Shown here: positions 1 to 8,792 of the stretch, piece by piece | Position numbering within the stretch: position 1 is the first letter of the stretch | Layout of the letters: every line of letters begins with the position of its first letter | Source: a bacterium | Lineage (GTDB): Bacteria > Bacillota > Clostridia > Christensenellales > UBA3700 | Reading direction: 5' to 3' | NCBI GenBank assembly: GCA_963592135.1 | Contig: CAVAVP010000016.1 | Location: 6,126 to 70,125 of the forward strand | DNA length: 64,000 bases | Program-made: the position numbers and the translations under genes | The notes under the pieces: model-generated | Seen by the model: the letters and a program-made list of their open reading frames with translations, nothing else | Database searches by the model: none | What the model was told of the DNA's origin: nothing

Positions 1-476
1 CTTGTTAAATTTAATTCCTTCAATATATTTTCAGCGTGTCCCATCATTACAACTTCATCTTCTTTCTTTATGTGATCAAAGCCCAATAAATGCAACATTC
101 CATGTAAAACCAAAAATCCTATTTCTCTATCAAACGAATGACCAAACTCTATTGCCTGTTCTCTTGCTTTTGCTTCGCAAAGCATTAAATCTCCAAGCAT
201 AATTTTACCATCCTCTGGATTTATGGCATCTATATAATTTTCTTTATTAAATGGAAAAGAAAAATTAACAGTAGGAAAAGATAGAACATCAGTTACCCTA
301 TCTATTCCCCTTGTTTCTCTATTTGTCTCTTGAATAGTCTTTTCATCAACTAAAGTTACTTCAATTGAAAAGATATCCTTTAGATTAAAATATTTTAACG
401 TTGATTTATAAATAGCCCTTAATAATTTTGTATCAATTTTTGTACCTTTAACTTCTTTATAAATCTTTAATCCCAT
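1..476 (-). CDS. ybeY: endoribonuclease YbeY (rRNA maturation factor), 3' end cut by the window edge
   Basis: The minus-strand frame is open from ATG at 476 to the window edge, so it has no stop and is absent from the ORF track. My translation is MGLKIYKEVKG...FLVLHGMLHLLGFDHIKKEDE, carrying the YbeY zinc motif H-G-x-L-H-L-x-G-x-D-H. Its start overlaps the stop of the upstream HD gene (TAATG). The order phoH / 7TM-HD / ybeY is canonical. Confidence 0.85.
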   Translation of the reverse strand, partial: MGLKIYKEVKGTKIDTKLLRAIYKSTLKYFNLKDIFSIEVTLVDEKTIQETNRETRGIDRVTDVLSFPTVNFSFPFNKENYIDAINPEDGKIMLGDLMLCEAKAREQAIEFGHSFDREIGFLVLHGMLHLLGFDHIKKEDEVVMMGHAENILKELNLT

Positions 477-1930
477 TATCTATTCTCCTCGGCCTTCTTG
501 TAGTCAATTCTTTGATGAAGAAGTGCTGGCATTACTTCACAAATTGTATCTTTAATCTTACTTAATTCTAAAAGTGATATATCACAATTGGTAAATTGTC
601 CATCAGTAATTCTACCTTGAATTATGTTATAAACAATATTTTCCATGTCATCTTTAGTTTGAGGCTTAACGGCACGGATTGTAGCTTCTGCCATATCACA
701 AATCATAATAATAGCACTATATTTTGTTGAAGGTTTTGGATCGTTATATCTATATTCATCCGTTTCCAAATCGCCTTCCGTTAATCCCTTAGCTTTTAGA
801 TAGAAAAACATTAATGTTGAATTACCATGATGTTCGTATGCGGCTTTAACAATTGTATCTGGCATATGATGTTGTTTTAAAATTTCAGCGCCTTCTTCTG
901 GATGTTCTGTTATCATCTTAACCGAAACGTCAATAATTAAGTCATCATGAGGATTGTATCCGCCCTCTTGATTTTCTGTAAAGAATTGTGGATTTTTAAC
1001 TTTTCCGATATCATGGTACATAGCACAGGCTTTTGCCATAAATGGATTTAATCCTATCGCTAACGCTGAAGCTTCTGCAAGTATTGAAACTGTCATTGAA
1101 TGAGAGAATGTTCCAGGAGCTTTTTCTCTTAATTCTTTCAATAAAGGTTGATTCATAGAACAAATCTCTGCCAATCTAAAGTCAGTCCAAATTCTAAATA
1201 ATCTTTCAAATATAGGCAACAAAATTGTTGTTGTACCAATTGCTATTGCATTTCCAATAAATATATGACCAATTGTTAAAATTATACTTTGATAAGTAAA
1301 ATTCTTTTCGATAAATCCAAGAGGTATTCCTAGTAACGAAACAATAACCGCAATTATTAAAGCACCTAATGTTATTTTCAATCTTGTATATCCTCTATGG
1401 ACTAAAAAGCACATAGAAACTGATGAAATTAAGCCTACAATCAATCCAAATATTTGAGACAATGAACCATTTAAAAGCACTGTATCTTTAGTTATAAAAC
1501 ATGTTGTTGTTGGACATAAAATCATCAAAATAAAGAATGTTGAAACACTTGTCATAACAGCAATTCTTTGACCTATTAAGATCGCAACTAAAAGTGCTGC
1601 TGCTGACATTGGTACCACATATGGATTTTTAACAGATAAAATACAAGTAAACGCTACTATTAATGTTATCATAGTAAATATTATTAAAACTTCCCTTAAT
1701 TGTGAACCATTTACAAACTTATGTTTAATAATATAACTTTGATAAATAAACAACATCATTAATGCAAATAATACCGCAAATATCATTGGGATCATTACAC
1801 TATAATAATAGACAATAGAGTTTATCTCATTTGTCAATAAAGCAACTCCCACAAACACAATTAACACACTATATAAAAGCGCTATAAGCGTATATAATGC
1901 TATATTTTTTACACTAGATTTTGTAGACAT
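476..1930 (-). CDS. 7TM-HD membrane phosphohydrolase (PgpH/YqfF family, putative cyclic-di-AMP phosphodiesterase), short form
   Basis: 484 aa with polytopic N-terminal TM helices and a C-terminal HD domain (motifs HSMTVS, MYHDIGK, EHHG). It sits between phoH and ybeY, as in other Firmicutes. Confidence 0.8.
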   Translation of the reverse strand: MSTKSSVKNIALYTLIALLYSVLIVFVGVALLTNEINSIVYYYSVMIPMIFAVLFALMMLFIYQSYIIKHKFVNGSQLREVLIIFTMITLIVAFTCILSVKNPYVVPMSAAALLVAILIGQRIAVMTSVSTFFILMILCPTTTCFITKDTVLLNGSLSQIFGLIVGLISSVSMCFLVHRGYTRLKITLGALIIAVIVSLLGIPLGFIEKNFTYQSIILTIGHIFIGNAIAIGTTTILLPIFERLFRIWTDFRLAEICSMNQPLLKELREKAPGTFSHSMTVSILAEASALAIGLNPFMAKACAMYHDIGKVKNPQFFTENQEGGYNPHDDLIIDVSVKMITEHPEEGAEILKQHHMPDTIVKAAYEHHGNSTLMFFYLKAKGLTEGDLETDEYRYNDPKPSTKYSAIIMICDMAEATIRAVKPQTKDDMENIVYNIIQGRITDGQFTNCDISLLELSKIKDTICEVMPALLHQRIDYKKAEENR

Positions 1931-1946
1931 ATAATTTTCCTACTTT

Positions 1947-2861
1947 TTATATTTTATTAGCTAATGCTTGCTGATTCTTCTCATATTTCTCATAAGCATT
2001 AACTATATTTTGTACTAATTCACTTCTCACAACATCCTTTGATGCTAAGTTTATTATAGCAATATCTTCAACATCTTTTAAGGCTTTTTGTGCTTGGATA
2101 AGTCCTGAATTTTTGTCTTTTGGTAAATCTATTTGTGTTATATCACCAGTAACAACAACTTTTGAACCTTCTCCAATTCTTGTTAAAAACATCTTCATTT
2201 GTTCTTGTGTGGTATTTTGTGCTTCATCCAATATTATAAACGCATTAGATAAAGTTCTTCCTCTCATATATGCAAGTGGCGCAATTTCTATTGCTCCTCT
2301 TTCTAATAATTTGTTAAACACATCAAGTCCAAACATCTCTTGTAAGGCATCGTATAATGGCCTTAAATAAGGATCTACTTTAGCTTCTAGATCACCTGGT
2401 AAATAACCAAGTTTTTCTCCCGCCTCAACTGCCGGCCTTGTTAATAATATTTTATCTACTTGCTTGTTCCTATAAGCTACAGACGCCATCGCAACAGCAA
2501 GATATGTCTTACCTGTTCCTGCAGGACCTATACCAAATACAACACTATTTTTCTTTATTGCATTAATATATTTTAATTGTCCTAAAGTTTTACAAGAAAT
2601 AGGTTTACCCTTTGCATTTATTGTTATATTTTGACTAATATCTGATAATAAATCTAAATTGTTTTCATCAATTAAGTCTATAATCATATCAATAAATACT
2701 TTGTTAATATTAGTGTTATTTGCTTTTGATAGTAAAACCTCTATTATTTTTTTTGCCCTATTAACATTTTCTTCGTCACCAACAATTACTATGGATTCAC
2801 CATCTAATCTAATATTTACATTACATTTTTTCTTTAAATATTTAACATTACTATCTCTCAT
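1947..2861 (-). CDS. phoH: PhoH-like ATPase (YbeZ/PhoH)
   Basis: Walker A GPAGTGKTYLAVA and Walker B IILDEAQN, with PhoH family length. The true start is probably 18 codons upstream at 2915 (see findings). Confidence 0.9.
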   Translation of the reverse strand: MRDSNVKYLKKKCNVNIRLDGESIVIVGDEENVNRAKKIIEVLLSKANNTNINKVFIDMIIDLIDENNLDLLSDISQNITINAKGKPISCKTLGQLKYINAIKKNSVVFGIGPAGTGKTYLAVAMASVAYRNKQVDKILLTRPAVEAGEKLGYLPGDLEAKVDPYLRPLYDALQEMFGLDVFNKLLERGAIEIAPLAYMRGRTLSNAFIILDEAQNTTQEQMKMFLTRIGEGSKVVVTGDITQIDLPKDKNSGLIQAQKALKDVEDIAIINLASKDVVRSELVQNIVNAYEKYEKNQQALANKI

Positions 2862-3040
2862 ACCAAATAAGGATATTTGATCTTGTATGTTATCTATCTT
2901 AATTGAAGCTTCTATGTGGGCCTCCTATATCTTTAAAATTATTCCTTAGTATTATATTATATTTAAATAAAATTGTAAAACTTGAATTAATATAGTTGAA
3001 TAAAAGTTGCTTGAAAATATTTTAATAGCACTTAAATTTA

Positions 3041-3072
3041 TTACCCCACTTATTGTGTAATAAATGGGGTAA
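3041..3072 (-). terminator. hairpin downstream of dnaB (possible terminator)
   Basis: An 8 bp stem TTACCCCA/TGGGGTAA lies 70 nt after the dnaB stop. The trailing T-tract on the minus strand is weak. Confidence 0.3.
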
Positions 3073-3142
3073 TTTGTTCATTGATTATTTTATTAATATC
3101 TTTGTTAGTATTTTTATATAAAGTTAATAAATCGAATTAATC

Positions 3143-4750
3143 TTATATATTTGGATTTTCGTCCGGATTATCACCTAAATTATATAAACTATCCCCAGCT
3201 GATGCTTGTAATGATTCCAATAAATCACTTGGCAATGGAGCACCTTCAAACTCTGGCTCATACTCACCACTATAATCTTCATCCATTTGAGATTCATTAT
3301 AAGAACCACTTTCACTATTTTTATTAGGAGTTTCATTATTTGTATTTTCTTTTCCTTCTCTATTTACATGTTCTCTTTCATAGAACGAAGATGTATCTAA
3401 TTGCCATTCATAATATAAATCTTTTAACTCGCCAGCTCTGTTTTTAAGCACGCAAGCTTTTATTGGTTTTCTGTTTTCAACTTGTTTAGCTAATATAAAA
3501 TCATCATCGGTTAAGAATATAATCATATCAGCATCTTGCTCTATAGCTCCAGATTCTCTTAAATCTGACATCTTAGGATCTCTTTTTACTCCAAGCTGTT
3601 TGTTTTCATCTTGTTCAACAGAACGTGATGTTTGAGAAAGTACAATTACAGGAACTCCAAGTTCTTTGGCCATAATTTTAACCATACGAGAAACTTCAGT
3701 CATTAATTCATATCTTGATTTACCTTTCTTTGAGTTTTTATCTTCTGATATTAATTGCATATGGTCGATAATAACTAAATCCAAACGTCCTTCCCTAACT
3801 TTTAATCTTCTAGCTTTCATCATAATATCTGAAGCTGAAACATCTGAAGAATCATCTATAAATAATTTTTGCCTTGCAAATTCTGCTTTCTTGATTATTA
3901 ATTTCTGATAGTCTTCAGGAGTCAACTCCACCTTGGAGATAAGTTTTGAATCTATACCTGTATATGTAGCTAACAATCTTTTTACAAGTTCAGCTGCTGA
4001 CATTTCTAGGTTAAATACTGCTACTACTTTTTTAGAATCGTTTCTTACAATATTTGCGGCAACATTCATTGCAAAAGATGTTTTACCACAACCAGGACGA
4101 GCAGCAAGCACTATCATCTGACCTGGTAAAAATCCACCGTTTGTAATATCGTCTAAACATCTAAACCCTGTTTTTAAACCTATATTTTTCAATGTAGGAT
4201 TATTATATTTGTCTGTTATATCATTAAGAACTGAGTCAACTGCTTCATATGCACTTGTTAAATCCTTTTTATTTAATACGCCAGTTACTTCATAAATTTG
4301 AGTTTGAGCAAAAGATAGAACGCTTGCGGCATCTTCATTATTAAAAGCCTTATCGCAAATAGCGTCAGATACAAATATAACCTTTCTAAGTTGAGATAAT
4401 TGTTGTAATTGAGCAATATCATTTTCAAGCGTTGCCGATGAAATAGAACTACCACTTAAATCAGTTAAGTAAGCAAATCCACCTACTTTATCTTTAACAT
4501 CTTCTGTCATACTTGAACTTAAAGATACTAGATCATAAGGTAAACCTTGAGTTATTCTATTCTTTATCTCACTAAAAATAATTTTATGTCTTGCAGAATA
4601 AAAATCATCTTCAGCAACTCTGCCAATAAAATCAAAAGCTCCCTCTGGATCTGTCATAAAAGTACCTAAAATTTGTTTTTCAAGTTCCAAATTATTAGGC
4701 ATAATTTTATTTCGCACTGCTGCCGCTTGTTTTTCTTTTTTTTCTGCCAT
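3143..4750 (-). CDS. dnaB: replicative DNA helicase DnaB with a long acidic C-terminal tail
   Basis: Walker A ARPGCGKTSF, plus NLEMS, IIDHMQL and LSQTSR motifs. The SD GGGAGGAAA lies upstream of the ATG. At 535 aa it is about 77 aa longer than usual. Confidence 0.95.
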   Translation of the reverse strand: MAEKKEKQAAAVRNKIMPNNLELEKQILGTFMTDPEGAFDFIGRVAEDDFYSARHKIIFSEIKNRITQGLPYDLVSLSSSMTEDVKDKVGGFAYLTDLSGSSISSATLENDIAQLQQLSQLRKVIFVSDAICDKAFNNEDAASVLSFAQTQIYEVTGVLNKKDLTSAYEAVDSVLNDITDKYNNPTLKNIGLKTGFRCLDDITNGGFLPGQMIVLAARPGCGKTSFAMNVAANIVRNDSKKVVAVFNLEMSAAELVKRLLATYTGIDSKLISKVELTPEDYQKLIIKKAEFARQKLFIDDSSDVSASDIMMKARRLKVREGRLDLVIIDHMQLISEDKNSKKGKSRYELMTEVSRMVKIMAKELGVPVIVLSQTSRSVEQDENKQLGVKRDPKMSDLRESGAIEQDADMIIFLTDDDFILAKQVENRKPIKACVLKNRAGELKDLYYEWQLDTSSFYEREHVNREGKENTNNETPNKNSESGSYNESQMDEDYSGEYEPEFEGAPLPSDLLESLQASAGDSLYNLGDNPDENPNI

Positions 4751-4821
4751 CTTTACATTTCCTCCCTTTCATCTAGTATTATTAAATTATATATTTGTAT
4801 AATATTTCAATCAAGACAAAA

Positions 4822-6606
4822 TTACATCCTATCCAATTCTTCAAGAGTTTCTTTATAGAAATTCATTGCTTTTGTATAAGGTTCATCACTTGTTAAATCT
4901 ACTTGTGCAAGTTTCAAAATTTCAACTGGCGACATAGATCCTCCTGCAGATAAGAACTTTTTGTAATAATTTTCAACATAGTTCTCACCTTTTTCTAAGA
5001 TATTTTTAGCTATACATACAGCTGAAATTAACCCTGTTGAATACTTATATACATAGAAAGATCTATAAAAATGTGGAATTCTTGCCCATTCATATTTTAT
5101 AAGTTTATCAGACACAACATCTTCGCCATAATATTCTTTATTTAAATCGTAATATATATCACAAAGAACATCTGATGTTATTGGTTCATCATTTTCAACA
5201 AGTTTATGAGCTTTTTCTTCAAATTCTGCAAATTGTGCTTGTCTAAATACTGTTGTTCTAAACATATTTAAAAGATAAGACAATAAATATTTCTTATAAT
5301 CTCCTTTTGCCTCTTTTAATAAATCCATTACAAGTAATGTTTCATTAACAGTAGAAGCAACCTCTGCTACAAAGATTTCATAATTTGCTTTAGAAAATGG
5401 TTGATTTAAATTTGAATAATAAGTATGCATTGAATGACCAAGTTCATGAGCTATTGTAAATACTTCATTTAATGTTGGTTGATAATTTAATAAAACATAA
5501 GGATGAACACCATAACAACCTGTACTATATGCACCACTTCTCTTGCCTTTATTTTCATAAATATCTATCCATCTTTCACTAAAGGCTCTGTTTAATAATC
5601 CTTGATATTCATCACCTAGTGGTTTTAATGCCTTAAGCACCATATTTTTTGCTTCGTCATAATTTATTTCTTTATCTACATTGTCAACAGTTGGTACATG
5701 TAAATCCCACATATGAAGTTCTTTATATTTCATAGTTTTCTTTCTATATGACATATGTTTATGAAGTAGTGGTAAATTTTTATGAATATTTTCAATTAGC
5801 TTGTAGTAAACATCCATAGTTACATCTTCATCTGACGTCGCCTTATCTAAGCAAGATTTATATTTTCTAATTGAAGCATAAAAATAATCTTGCTCTAGAT
5901 TGCCTTTATACAATGTAGATATAACATCTATATTTTGCTTATATGCATTAAACATACTATTAAATGCTTTTTCTCTATCTTCTCTTTTACCTGTTTGTAG
6001 AATTAGTCCATAAATCCCATGAGATAATTGTATTGTATCCCCATTACTATCTATAAAGTCTTCAAACTTAACATCGGCATCATCAAACATATGGAATGCA
6101 TCACTAAATAATCCAGTTATTTTTTGAGACTTCACAAGTATTGTTTCTTCCTTTGTAGAAAGTGTATGAGTCTTGTCTTTTATTATTCTTTTTAAAGAAT
6201 AATCATAATCTTTAAAGTCTTTATTATTAGATAATTTTTCTAAAAATTCAACAGAATTTTCTACAACCTCTGGAGATATAAAAGCAAGTGCTGTATTTAT
6301 TTTTGTATATACATTAGAAAGTTTTTCAAGAAGTGCTTTGTTTTTGTTTTGAGTACAATCTTGATCTAATTTCATTGAAGCATAACAAAACAAGTGATCG
6401 AATAAATAATTTATCTCATCATCTAGTTTAAAAGCCTTTAATATATTATCTCTATTGTTTAATAAATTACCTTCAAGTTTTAAACTTTCATTTTTTAGAG
6501 TTTCAATTTTTTTTAAATCTGACTCTAAGTCCTCTTCACTTTTGTAAATATCCTCCAAATTCCATTTAAAATTTTCAGATATTTCATCTCTTTTTAAAAC
6601 TTTCAT
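4822..6606 (-). CDS. pepF: oligoendopeptidase F (M3B metallopeptidase)
   Basis: 594 aa with zinc motif HELGHSMH and the typical PepF length and N-terminus (WNLEDIY). Confidence 0.9.
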   Translation of the reverse strand: MKVLKRDEISENFKWNLEDIYKSEEDLESDLKKIETLKNESLKLEGNLLNNRDNILKAFKLDDEINYLFDHLFCYASMKLDQDCTQNKNKALLEKLSNVYTKINTALAFISPEVVENSVEFLEKLSNNKDFKDYDYSLKRIIKDKTHTLSTKEETILVKSQKITGLFSDAFHMFDDADVKFEDFIDSNGDTIQLSHGIYGLILQTGKREDREKAFNSMFNAYKQNIDVISTLYKGNLEQDYFYASIRKYKSCLDKATSDEDVTMDVYYKLIENIHKNLPLLHKHMSYRKKTMKYKELHMWDLHVPTVDNVDKEINYDEAKNMVLKALKPLGDEYQGLLNRAFSERWIDIYENKGKRSGAYSTGCYGVHPYVLLNYQPTLNEVFTIAHELGHSMHTYYSNLNQPFSKANYEIFVAEVASTVNETLLVMDLLKEAKGDYKKYLLSYLLNMFRTTVFRQAQFAEFEEKAHKLVENDEPITSDVLCDIYYDLNKEYYGEDVVSDKLIKYEWARIPHFYRSFYVYKYSTGLISAVCIAKNILEKGENYVENYYKKFLSAGGSMSPVEILKLAQVDLTSDEPYTKAMNFYKETLEELDRM

Positions 6607-6626
6607 TTTCTATTTCCTTCTTTTTT

Positions 6627-7835
6627 TTAATTTGTAGACGGAAGTAATAAATCCCCATCTTTTATTTTTCCAGTTTTTCTTAATAAATAACATACTGCCC
6701 AAGATATAATACCAGGCAAAATAAACATTAACAATATTACTCCAATCCAAGTTAACGCATTATTTGTCGAGTAAGTAAAAATGTCTATAACTCCTACAAG
6801 GCCACTTGTTCCCATTCCTCCACCTGAGGCTCCACATTTTAGTTTAAATAAACATGTAGAAAGTGGACCACATATAGCAGATGCCACAATTGGCGGCACA
6901 AATGTCCAACCATTTTTCATAATATTTGGAATTTGTAACATACTAGTTCCAAGCCCTTGAGAAACTAAACCTGACCAGCCGTTTTCTTTAAAACTCATAA
7001 CCGCAAATCCTACCATTTGGCTTGCACAGCCAACAGTTGCAGCTCCGCCAGCTAAAAGGATTGCATTATAGTTTTCTAGGCTAACACTACCATCACTAAA
7101 ACCTGTAATTACAGGAGTTGCAACAGCAACCCAAATAGCCGCTGAAGATGTTGGCATAGTAAGAATTATTCCCAAAAGCACAGAAATTACTATACCCATT
7201 ACAAAAGGTGTTGCTTTTGTGGCTACAGCTATTAGCAAACCTAGTTTATTAATAAGCCAACTGAATGGATATGCTATATATATTCCAAGAAGTGATATTA
7301 ACATCATTCCAAGAGGAATTAATATAATATCAAACTTTGTTTTTCCAGCATACAAGCTTGCTATTTCTATTGTAAGCAATGCAACTACATATGCTCCAAT
7401 TGGGTTTCCTGGTGCACCTAAAGATAAAACAAAACTTAATGCTATAATCTTTTCCGAAAATGCACCAACAAATCCAGCAAAGGCAGCTGAAAATATAACT
7501 AGAGGTTTTGCATTTAATTTATAAGCAATACCTACACCTATTCCGGCCCCCATTAAAGTCTTAGCTATACAACCTATTGAGTTTAGTAAATAATAAATTT
7601 TACTATCCACATTAAAAAGTTTAGCAATAGTACATAAAATTGTTCCTGCAATTAACGTTGCAAACAATCCGAGTGCCATTCCAGTAAATGCATCAATAAA
7701 CCATCTTTTACATAGCTTTTTGGTGATTGTCCAAACTTTATTTTCGTTTGGAGTGCGTGGGCTTTTTAAATCTACATCTTCCACTTTGGTTTCATTGTCG
7801 GCTCTCTTGTCCAACTGTTCGATATTTTCTTCCAT
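6627..7835 (-). CDS. PTS EIIC-like polytopic membrane protein (PfoR/COG3641-like)
   Basis: Multi-TM, glycine-rich helices (GMALGLFATLIAGTIL). I place the start at the ATG at 7835 (MEENIEQ), preceded by GGGAGG with a 5 nt spacer, rather than the track's 7853. Confidence 0.55.
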   Translation of the reverse strand: MEENIEQLDKRADNETKVEDVDLKSPRTPNENKVWTITKKLCKRWFIDAFTGMALGLFATLIAGTILCTIAKLFNVDSKIYYLLNSIGCIAKTLMGAGIGVGIAYKLNAKPLVIFSAAFAGFVGAFSEKIIALSFVLSLGAPGNPIGAYVVALLTIEIASLYAGKTKFDIILIPLGMMLISLLGIYIAYPFSWLINKLGLLIAVATKATPFVMGIVISVLLGIILTMPTSSAAIWVAVATPVITGFSDGSVSLENYNAILLAGGAATVGCASQMVGFAVMSFKENGWSGLVSQGLGTSMLQIPNIMKNGWTFVPPIVASAICGPLSTCLFKLKCGASGGGMGTSGLVGVIDIFTYSTNNALTWIGVILLMFILPGIISWAVCYLLRKTGKIKDGDLLLPSTN

Positions 7836-7898
7836 ACGAACCTCCCAAAGCATATATTGTTTTTGTGTTTTTATTATAAATATTTAGTATATATAAGT

Positions 7899-7936
7899 CA
7901 AAAAAAATTGAGTGTCCTAAAACACTCAATCTTTTT
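7899..7936 (-). terminator. intrinsic terminator after the small lipoprotein gene (bidirectional shape)
   Basis: Stem ATTGAGTGT/ACACTCAAT (7907-7915 / 7922-7930) is flanked by an A8 run on plus, which is a T8 run on minus. Confidence 0.7.
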
Positions 7937-7954
7937 CATTTTTTAAAATTCAAG

Positions 7955-8314
7955 TTATTTTTTGAAAGCTTTGATAGCTTCTGCATCGCCTGCTAGAACC
8001 CACTTTCCAGAAACTACAGCATCCTCATTATCAGCTGCAGCTGCCTTAGCTTGCTTAGATGATTCATAAAGTACAGCAACAACAGTCTTAGCTGTTCCAT
8101 TTAAAGAGCTTTGTATAGTAGCATTTGTAGCTGTTAATGTAGCAACAGCTCCAGAATCTGTAGCACTGTATGTACTACCAATTACTGTATAACCAGCATC
8201 TTCCATTTTTTCAACTGCCTTATCATAACTAGATGGAGCACAAGCTACAAAAACAATTGAACAAATTACTACGATTGCAACGATTGAAGCAATAACTAAT
8301 AAATTCTTCTTCAT
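7955..8314 (-). CDS. small secreted lipoprotein, unknown function
   Basis: 119 aa with a signal peptide and lipobox FVAC. The SD GGAGGA lies upstream. Confidence 0.6.
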   Translation of the reverse strand: MKKNLLVIASIVAIVVICSIVFVACAPSSYDKAVEKMEDAGYTVIGSTYSATDSGAVATLTATNATIQSSLNGTAKTVVAVLYESSKQAKAAAADNEDAVVSGKWVLAGDAEAIKAFKK

Positions 8315-8408
8315 TTTTAAATCCTCCGAATTTTTAAATTTTGTTTTTTATTTTTTGTTTGTCTTATTTTAGCAAATTGTAAATTTTATGTAAAGAAATT
8401 GTTTGCCT

Positions 8409-8687
8409 CTAATTGTCATTATTTGCCAAATTTTCTTCACTTGTTGCCTCAATGTCTTTTTTGTCTCCTACTTTTATTATTTGAGGCGGAATATATTCTA
8501 TATCTTTTTCTTCAACTAAGTTGTTTTTTACTTTAAATCTATCTTTTGTAGCAAACATTACACATATTATAATAAGAGCCGCAGCAAGAATAGCAAGTAT
8601 AATGTAAAATTTTACATCATTTAATAAACTTGAGTCATAAACACTTGCAGATAAAAATACTTTCAACATGATTTTATTATATATCAC
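8409..8687 (-). CDS. small single-pass membrane protein, unknown function
   Basis: 92 aa with one hydrophobic helix (FYIILAILAAALIIICVMF). No homology recognised. Confidence 0.4.
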   Translation of the reverse strand: MIYNKIMLKVFLSASVYDSSLLNDVKFYIILAILAAALIIICVMFATKDRFKVKNNLVEEKDIEYIPPQIIKVGDKKDIEATSEENLANNDN

Positions 8688-8792
8688 TTGTTAAATTTAG
8701 TAAATTTAATTTTATACTTTAAATGCAATATTGAAATCTTTCTTTAAAGTTTTTATAATTTATTTAAAGTTATCTAAGGTGGGCTAAAACTA

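Noticed and set aside
2-202. A 66 aa plus-strand ORF at the left edge.
   Set aside because: It is antisense to the ybeY frame, which carries the HGxLHLxGxDH motif. There is no SD.
6627-7853. N-terminal extensions proposed by the ORF track: MLWEVRM for the PfoR-like gene, MRKKHM for ack[12 protein letters not shown] for rplS and MRNNM for trxA.
   Set aside because: In each case a GGAGG-type SD sits 5-8 nt before the internal ATG. The extension either starts at GTG inside the preceding gene or adds residues absent from the conserved family N-terminus.
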